64,000 nucleotides of DNA from Schizosaccharomyces osmophilus (Eukaryota). The notes beneath the pieces are model-generated. The model was not told the origin of the DNA and ran no database searches. It saw only the letters and a list, made by a program, of their open reading frames with translations. Of the stretch, positions 58,701 through 64,000 are shown in pieces (the first letter of the stretch is position 1; every line of letters begins with the position of its first letter). Position numbers and translations under genes: made by a program. The stretch spans positions 3,224,001 through 3,288,000 of the forward strand of contig NC_079239.1 of the NCBI RefSeq assembly GCF_027921745.1, read 5' to 3'.

Positions 58701-61700
58701 ACTTCCTTGATAATGAGGAGGGTAGTTCTTCTGAGCAAGACGAAGATTTACGTTGGGAATGGAATGCCGATGTCCCTTCTGGGGCAGACATTATCAGTCG
58801 TCATGGTGCTTTGCTGAGAGATCTATTCCCTTTGCCGGGTCTATCTCGTCGAGTTATGATAATCAATTCAGGCGACAATGCTCGTTCAAGACCATTTTTG
58901 AATAATAGATCATCAGAAGATATACTCAAGCATCCACTGCTTCTGAGAAATTGTTTATCAAATCAAGGGAAAGCGATTGAGTTATACGAAAGTTTGTCTG
59001 ATTTAGACAGTCATGTGTCTTCTGGGGCGGCGTCCCAGAGATTATTATTCTACCTTTCCATGGATACATCTACAACTGATTCATCTTCGGTCGGTTGGAC
59101 TGCTTTGAAGAATCAAACCCATAATGATCCTCTACGTGCTACTTCAGATTTTACACCTCTTTTTACCACGCAAAGATGGAATGGTATTGTATCTATGTTC
59201 TTTGGTCATGCTGCTGGTTCCACTGCTTTACGAGTCACGGGATCCGTTTTATTCGGTCTTATTCCTCCAGCTTTGGAAAAATACAATCATGAAAAAGAAG
59301 AATCCGAAAGGCAAAGCCGACCTGAGAACGAAAAGCCAGCGGAGGTAGCTGCTCCTGCGGAGGAAAATGCCGACGTTCAGAATTCAGATGTGAATGAAAT
59401 GGAAGGTGTTAGAACTGAGCAACCTGATCCTGTCCAGGAAACAAATAATGCTGATGAAGGACAGACTATCAACATTCGAGGAAGAGATGTGAATGTATCC
59501 TCATTGGGAATTGATCCTACGTTCTTACTCGCTCTACCAGAGGATATGCGAGAGGAAGTCGTTTTTCAACATATTCAAGAGCGACATATAGAGTCGATAA
59601 GTGATTCTTCTCGTCGTTTGGATCCCTCCTTTATGGAAGTGTTACCTACTGATATTCGTGATGAACTTCTCTTTCAGGAAGCTGTCCAGATGCGCTTGTT
59701 CGATAACGCTCGTAATAATGAAAGTGGTGATAACGAACTTGAAATGGAGAGATTGGATGAAGCAGATGAAGCTGAAGATGAGCATAAAGAACGATCCGTG
59801 AAGCCAGTTAAGAAGGTACCTGTGCCAGCTTTAGTGGACCGTTCCGGAGTTTTGTCAATGATAAGACTTCTGTATATTCCACAGCATAATGGCAAGAATC
59901 CATTCTATGACTTAGTAGTGAATATATCTGAAAACAAGCAGCAACGGGCTGATATTTTGGGATTGTTATTATATGTTCTTCAGGAAGCTTCTACCAGTAC
60001 TCATTCCACCGAAAAATGTTACAAGGACTTGACCGTTAGATCTTTAAGCGTACCCCAGCAAAAAGAATTTAAGAAGTATCACGGGTTACTTGATTCCTTG
60101 TGTAAGGTGCCTGTCATCAATGGAATTACGTCTCGCTCCTTAATTTTGCAACAAAGTATTGATTTGCTTTCGCATTTGTCAACTTGGGCTGACCATTTCC
60201 CTTCGTTTTTCCTGAGCATGCAAGATTATATTGGGTTGCCTTACAAAAAGCCAGGCTCTAAGAAAAACAAGGAGACAAATGTTTATAAGGTAGCTCCCAT
60301 AAATGTTCTTTTGAGTTTGTTGGGTCGTGAAGAAATTTTTGGTAACACTCTTGTCATGAATACATTTTCCGAATTGCTCTCAACCCTCACCAGACCTTTG
60401 TTGTCATTTTACAAACATCAAAAGTCTGCAGAAGCAGTTAAAGAACCAAGTGGAACGAGAGATAATGCAGAGAGCAACAATGTGAATGCTCTACAAACTG
60501 AGGAAACATCAACTCAGGTTGAAAGGAAAGGTAAGAAAACGACGAACCCCCCTCAAATTACAGATGAGAATTTAAGACTGGCAGCTTCACTGATTACCAC
60601 TGATTCATGTTCAAGTCGTACCTTCCAAAACGCTTTATCAGTAATGTTTCATTTGTGTTCGGCACCGCATGCGAAGAATATTATAGGTAAAGAGCTTTTA
60701 AGGCATGCTCAAATGTACGGAAATGCAATTACTGGGGATTTGTCAAGACTTTCTGAGGAGGTCAAGTCTGGAAGAAATGAAACTGAGCTTCAAAATGCTT
60801 TGGCACCATTCTGCCCGGCAAGCTCTAACCAAGCTAAGCTCTTACGTTGTTTGAAAGCTTTAGACTATATATTTGAGCGTCGTCCAAAGAGAGAAGAACA
60901 GAGCCCACAAAACATTGTTCAACTACTTGAATTTTACGATAATTTACAATTCGTGACATTGTGGGATGTATTAAGTAACTGTTTAATTTCCATGAGAGAG
61001 CAAACGAGTATCACTCACGTTTCTACAGTTTTGCTCCCTCTTATTGAATCGTTGATGGTTATTTGTCGCCCTGTTTATCTTGACTTGCCTGAGGAAGTTT
61101 CCAAACGAATTACGCCCATGTTGGAACGTTTGAAGACGTTATTTATTACGTTTACTGAGGAGCATCGTAAAATTATCAATATGATGGTTTTCACAACTCC
61201 CTCGCTGATGAGTGGGTCATTTTCTCTGTTAGTGAAGAATCCAAAGGTGCTTGAATTCGAAAATAAGAGAAACTACTTCAGCCGTCAAATGCACGCTGAA
61301 GCTGCGAAGGAACAGTATCCTCCTTTGAATATCAACGTTAGACGTGATCAGGTATTTTTGGATTCCTACCGTGCATTACATTTCAAGGACGCTGATGAAG
61401 TTAAGTACAGCAAACTTAATATTCATTTCAGGGATGAGGAAGGTGTAGATGCTGGAGGTGTGACTCGTGAATGGTTACAGGTATTAGCTAGACAGATGTT
61501 TAATCCTGACTACGCTTTGTTCTTACCAGTTGCGGGTGACGCTACTACTTTTCATCCAAACAGAGACTCTTCCGTAAATCCAGATCATTTATCATTCTTC
61601 AAATTTACTGGAAGAATCATCGGAAAATCTGTTTACGATGGTAGACTGTTAGATTGTCATTTCAGTCGTGCAGTTTACAAACATATGCTTCATCGATCAG

Positions 61701-62401
61701 TCTCGGTGAAGGATATCGAATCTCTTGATCCTGACTACTGCAAATCCTTGGTATGGATGTTGAACAATGATATTACTGATATCATTACTGAAGAATTTGC
61801 TGTTGAGAAAGATGTTTTCGGCGAAAAAACGATTGTAGATCTTATTCCCAACGGAAGGAATATTCCTGTTACGGAGCTTAACAAACATGATTACGTAAAT
61901 AGGATGGTTGACTATAAGTTGGTGGAGAGTGTGAAAGACCAGTTGCATAGTCTTTTGGAAGGGTTTTCTGATATCATTCCTCCAAACTTGATCCAAATCT
62001 TTAATGAGCAAGAATTAGAATTATTAATTTCAGGTCTTCCTGAAATTGATAACGATGATTGGCGTAACAATACAGATTATCATGGTTATAGCGTTTCATC
62101 TCCTCAAATTCAATGGTTCTGGCGAGCCGTTCGATCTTTCGATGAAGAGGAGCGAGCTAAACTTCTTCAATTTGCAACCGGTACGTCCAAGGTTCCTTTA
62201 AATGGATTTAAAGAACTCGAAGGCATGTCTGGTTTCCAGAGATTCAATATTCATAAAAGTTATGGGTCGTTGAATCGCTTACCTCAGTCACATACATGCT
62301 TTAACCAGCTTGATTTGCCCGAATATGAGACGTATGAGCAGTTAAGGACTATGTTGCTCACAGCCATCAATGAAGGCTCTGAAGGTTTTGGATTTGCTTA
62401 G
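52748..62401 (+). CDS. ptr1: HECT E3 ubiquitin ligase Ptr1 (Tom1/HUWE1 family)
   Basis: 3217 aa; N-terminal ARM-like domains, acidic region, UBM-like DPTFLLALPEDMREE repeats, HECT domain with HTCFNQLDLP and EGFGFA end. Confidence 0.95.
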   Translation: MRITKSPSKNPNSQPPPWVLEFIKEIQNENTCPFEKVASLCSDFRKREWTYPRGDLYSWIPVLNRFDAILEKMVEDYGLKTKVQSRPFDPLSYTVLLEVLKFSTYLLKHCANRSIYNSTAYLEQLLNSSELEILDATLGLLLHIVQKATISKRGKQLFSLSQDRLFRFLSFLPQEATKSGLAQNYESILFLDDIPAPWCSLEFSYYKSSPSTVSDSSKTVSPTPSPSEGLRVLKVSQEEMSVKPVHDLLVQLSTENQIPEQYAADLLIYLLLHKNLPDLNKRRAMVRIGLLALSNLVYAHSQAVQSRFMLADPEITTHLATLVSMDTKLPQEFKAVVFECFKAFFFRKNMVPSVLAALNVSVSYGLMMNLVRDFSNNLSDENFEYNREYVDSFYDFLQFMATSPLGGNMACSAGLTSLLGHHLSLKSPRALYVVSRSVSMLDHLIDGYSMAFPDFSESKGLDLLVNRLQYELEAALDDVKSGRGNTEIFLNMDYAIPYDRYFLLKNLLKFILHLIQTGGSVVELRNLIDSSLISSLAFLLDHHELFGSNLFASATNIMSTFIHNEPTCYGIIHEKKLSHSFLEAVNRRILNSSDAITSIPLAFGAICLNSQGFNLFLEKNPVPHFFTVFTSYNHCKALTSSDNAAILGTYIDELMRHQPFLKDSIVKMIFETVDKVCDLLRTFNPLDYIGATDFPYLVFFETFSSFLENIISNEGHAKNLMSKGIISHILKLMQVPVLAYGFVDSSAFNTLFVLLHHIIDFDAAEVFRPLLDCIMFNCENSNVEQSLNPINTIVNGQLSGQLVDLQNSEIFFQFTIIGNLISMFSELFSSYAALKKAGNLPLVQLFISPSRYAGVFDILCNIKNLSTSVDVFLCSHVSSDYALCCGSLVSVAADKKEKENLEAKKRDLKEDFSFNKFKNIRTNFTQTTYSISKFFTSLTRALGNSSIQDINEFKGIYKLGSNIALVVDELVGMACNQILNHEGLPDELALHVSLMSILDASAIIREDDSKVTLTLLISRIFAGSQTLQLLLKLSERVISYFALVGEETTPRTNRILLALSSTLLNLVLILTSADFISETEKPLNFSLKLQLDNNELSDCGAKLMHLLQAHSFLTMVKIWESSADYRLPYITKALVTNVLSNCFQFEEGIKSLSETAQNNLPESHNQSNEEKGSKLSDTVNDETLLNLLISEVPSNMVTEFNDFKSRLVKTCVSLSSFEGDVNQSLCDLLYSGDEVQMNSDLQLDTTMAMVKEIKFLSSLDKGDSRIIQFGPAIGLLSLFVSHDFTQNKAKNYLLEELDFLLNAFESMRQCFEQDVNATWVVSILFLLEVLLTNSRKPDEFEFNSKDCSLKLIDGSISINHTAQQKILVSLINLMKQYSSNLGVVTSAMRLTLLVTASYDMVHVFIDSNGLEILFVAMKSCASVCNEALHIPFISILRRLLESERVIELIMFDDLRNIFKLQGRARKTELLNFIRTNSEMVLRSPDAFQKMIKETCQLAHFAPNADHHYLELKENLPESYSKDQINSDASLMSQTSSKVVSSLLDEIMETVDSRRKTQKTADAEFNPESDPMYMYNVFLLQCLTELLSGYDSCKKCFMEYQPKRKSSFFSLSRKYNSYLVGFFLEKLLPFGSIRLSEDNEIRKAFSVSNWAISILVFLCAYSNDQQTDVVDELRREVLSCVLKFYRSSSVNSESLESYYCKLLVVAELCYRLGDAQTVSQKAPNHLLRKSQDVNIKAMIDLGFIPALTSATSEIDMNYPVSRKVIRHILRPLQLLTKEAIFLSQTNPDSLSGNIQEAETDESVSDDSEESEGDEPPDLYRNSVLGIFQGDIANENEDNYEGSEDDDVYEEMDFEDEQSGSPGSVVSDDENDDTMYSDNNDMNIEFMVDGDQDGSDQEDSSSYDDDESSHGDIISIDEEDIDNTGEPYEWEDEGNETSDFEHDEEFNDQDEENGSTTFEAMENAFTEASDDENEDEAIDHVSPVEIDFLDNEEGSSSEQDEDLRWEWNADVPSGADIISRHGALLRDLFPLPGLSRRVMIINSGDNARSRPFLNNRSSEDILKHPLLLRNCLSNQGKAIELYESLSDLDSHVSSGAASQRLLFYLSMDTSTTDSSSVGWTALKNQTHNDPLRATSDFTPLFTTQRWNGIVSMFFGHAAGSTALRVTGSVLFGLIPPALEKYNHEKEESERQSRPENEKPAEVAAPAEENADVQNSDVNEMEGVRTEQPDPVQETNNADEGQTINIRGRDVNVSSLGIDPTFLLALPEDMREEVVFQHIQERHIESISDSSRRLDPSFMEVLPTDIRDELLFQEAVQMRLFDNARNNESGDNELEMERLDEADEAEDEHKERSVKPVKKVPVPALVDRSGVLSMIRLLYIPQHNGKNPFYDLVVNISENKQQRADILGLLLYVLQEASTSTHSTEKCYKDLTVRSLSVPQQKEFKKYHGLLDSLCKVPVINGITSRSLILQQSIDLLSHLSTWADHFPSFFLSMQDYIGLPYKKPGSKKNKETNVYKVAPINVLLSLLGREEIFGNTLVMNTFSELLSTLTRPLLSFYKHQKSAEAVKEPSGTRDNAESNNVNALQTEETSTQVERKGKKTTNPPQITDENLRLAASLITTDSCSSRTFQNALSVMFHLCSAPHAKNIIGKELLRHAQMYGNAITGDLSRLSEEVKSGRNETELQNALAPFCPASSNQAKLLRCLKALDYIFERRPKREEQSPQNIVQLLEFYDNLQFVTLWDVLSNCLISMREQTSITHVSTVLLPLIESLMVICRPVYLDLPEEVSKRITPMLERLKTLFITFTEEHRKIINMMVFTTPSLMSGSFSLLVKNPKVLEFENKRNYFSRQMHAEAAKEQYPPLNINVRRDQVFLDSYRALHFKDADEVKYSKLNIHFRDEEGVDAGGVTREWLQVLARQMFNPDYALFLPVAGDATTFHPNRDSSVNPDHLSFFKFTGRIIGKSVYDGRLLDCHFSRAVYKHMLHRSVSVKDIESLDPDYCKSLVWMLNNDITDIITEEFAVEKDVFGEKTIVDLIPNGRNIPVTELNKHDYVNRMVDYKLVESVKDQLHSLLEGFSDIIPPNLIQIFNEQELELLISGLPEIDNDDWRNNTDYHGYSVSSPQIQWFWRAVRSFDEEERAKLLQFATGTSKVPLNGFKELEGMSGFQRFNIHKSYGSLNRLPQSHTCFNQLDLPEYETYEQLRTMLLTAINEGSEGFGFA

Positions 62402-62855
62402 GGTGATGTTTTATGTATGTTCTGCTATAATGTTTTATCGATTCGTTTCTAGATCTGCTCTATGAAAAGAAAAATAAAAAAGAAAAGGTAAACTTTGAAA
62501 GCTACTTCTTAGATGATAAATATTTTAAGTACTATAGAAAATTCATGAGTCATGAAAATAAAAATAAAGAGTAATAATTTTTTATTTTAAATATTTTGAA
62601 GAAAATATGTTTAGCATTGTAAAGTGTTGCTAAAATGTAATTGAAACGAACGAGCACGGTGCTTTCTTTTACAATAAATAAATTACAGATTATATTATGA
62701 ATTGTTATGTAAAATGAAGTTCAATAAACGGTATGCTTTTATTATAAAAATTCTACGTACGTTTCGTACTATATATCCAGTATTGTCCCCAAAATAAAAT
62801 ACAATTTTTTTTCTGACAAGCAGAATGAAGTGGTAATTATGTCGACGTAGCCAAA

Positions 62856-63497
62856 TTAGAGTAAATCATAATCATCCAACTATTTAGGTTAGCAAACGAA
62901 TTGAAACAAAAAATGACTGTACATACCTTATCATTATACTTGGCAACAGTGCGTTTAATTTTAGAGGTATCAGTCCATGTTACAAAGTCCTCCAAATTCC
63001 TTGTAACCAGATAGGCAGGGTCAGTAATGACATGTGGACCGACACGAACGTGGCCTTGCTCAATGAGTCTTGTAGCTACAGAGATAGTTTGAGACATTCT
63101 CAGTTTGCACATAATAACAGGTAACCGACGACGACATATAGCAGAAACATTGGCTCGATTTTCAATATCAGACATCTTCGACTTTGAAGGTAATATTCCC
63201 ATGTCAAAGAGCTTCTCCAACAGCATGTTTTCGTATTTTAAACGAAAAGGATCCGTCGGATCTAGTAAGGAGATACGATGAGCCAATTGACGAAATTTAC
63301 CACAAACAATGTTATATTTTTGGTATTCTTCTCTTTTGGGAATATGGTAGCGGCGCATAACCATCAAATCACGATGATTATTGTCATCCTGCTTGTAATT
63401 GAGAAAGTCGACCTTTTTCAGTAGTTTCTGCTCATCTAAAAGAAATTAGTAATTAAATATGTAATAAATTCCACATACGATGTTTAAGGATTCTCAT
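62856..63497 (-). CDS. imp3: U3 snoRNP protein Imp3; 3 exons (63497-63479, 63435-62927, 62879-62856)
   Basis: [17 protein letters not shown] start, S4 domain CRRRLPV, end LDDYDLL; 183 aa after splicing. Confidence 0.95.
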
Positions 63498-63601
63498 CTT
63501 TTATCAACCTGAGATAGAATAAAATTTGTGTGAGTTGGTTCTTAGTAGGATGTAGGGGCACACAGTCAATGTGGGCGACTTGCTTATTTCCCTACTTAAT
63601 C

Positions 63602-63967
63602 CTAAAGTTTCACAGGTAAAGGACGAGAACTAAATCTAATTCTTTCTTTAATAATAGAAACAATGTTCAATCCATGAGCGGGCGATTCATCGTCTCCAAC
63701 ACGCGATTTTTGTAAAACAGCTAAAGGCTTTTGCAAAGTTTCAACAACACCTTCCATGCATTGATTTCCTACGTAAATAGCAGCTTTTTTTTTATTGTTT
63801 TCCTAAATGATCAGTTAAGAGCCTGATAGAGTGAAAGTACTGGTCACTACCTTAACTATTTCAAGGGTTCCTATATCCAATGTTTCTGACATCTTTTCGA
63901 CCGTAGCTTGTAATTCAACTAAGTAAATTTGATCCCCAAATTTACGAGTAATTTGAACCATAGACAT
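63602..63967 (-). CDS. ctf8: Ctf18-RFC subunit Ctf8; 2 exons (63967-63851, 63802-63602); absent from the ORF track
   Basis: Spliced product MSMVQITRKFGDQIYLVELQAT...VGNQCMEGVVETLQKPLAVL...IIKERIRFSSRPLPVKL, 105 aa, matches the Ctf8 pattern. Confidence 0.85.
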
Positions 63968-64000
63968 GCTGGCTATTGTGGTTTCCTTCGACAACTCGCC

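Overview
This is eukaryotic DNA from a fission yeast. The gene order matches my recollection of S. pombe chromosome I (SPAC29A4-SPAC26F1-SPAPJ691-SPAC19D5), but the proteins are clearly diverged, so it is most likely a relative such as S. octosporus, S. osmophilus or S. cryophilus (inference). It holds about 25 conserved protein-coding genes, many with short GT-AG introns reconstructed by hand: med22, an NSRP1-like gene, cam2, cbf5, mrps9, tef3, aif1, lrs1, hgh1, pyp1, gyp51, a FUSC/ALMT-like membrane protein, an aldo-keto reductase, gpm1, etr1, pda1, pnn1, sec74, a yippee-like gene, mic10, pyp2, an Emc10-like gene, cid1, ptr1, imp3 and ctf8. Two features are not shown as such in the ORF track. 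The first is a spliced, minus-strand wtf-like (poison-antidote meiotic driver family) gene between hgh1 and pyp1. It has an MRNKYTSL N-terminus, a PPPY motif at the end of exon 1 and two transmembrane segments, but no evident poison start and an early stop, so it may be an antidote-only suppressor or a decaying driver. The second is a box C/D snoRNA (snR38 type) at the apex of a long stem in the tef3 intron. CRE (Atf1/Pcr1) and forkhead FLEX motifs mark several promoters. No tRNA, rRNA, LTR or transposon could be supported.
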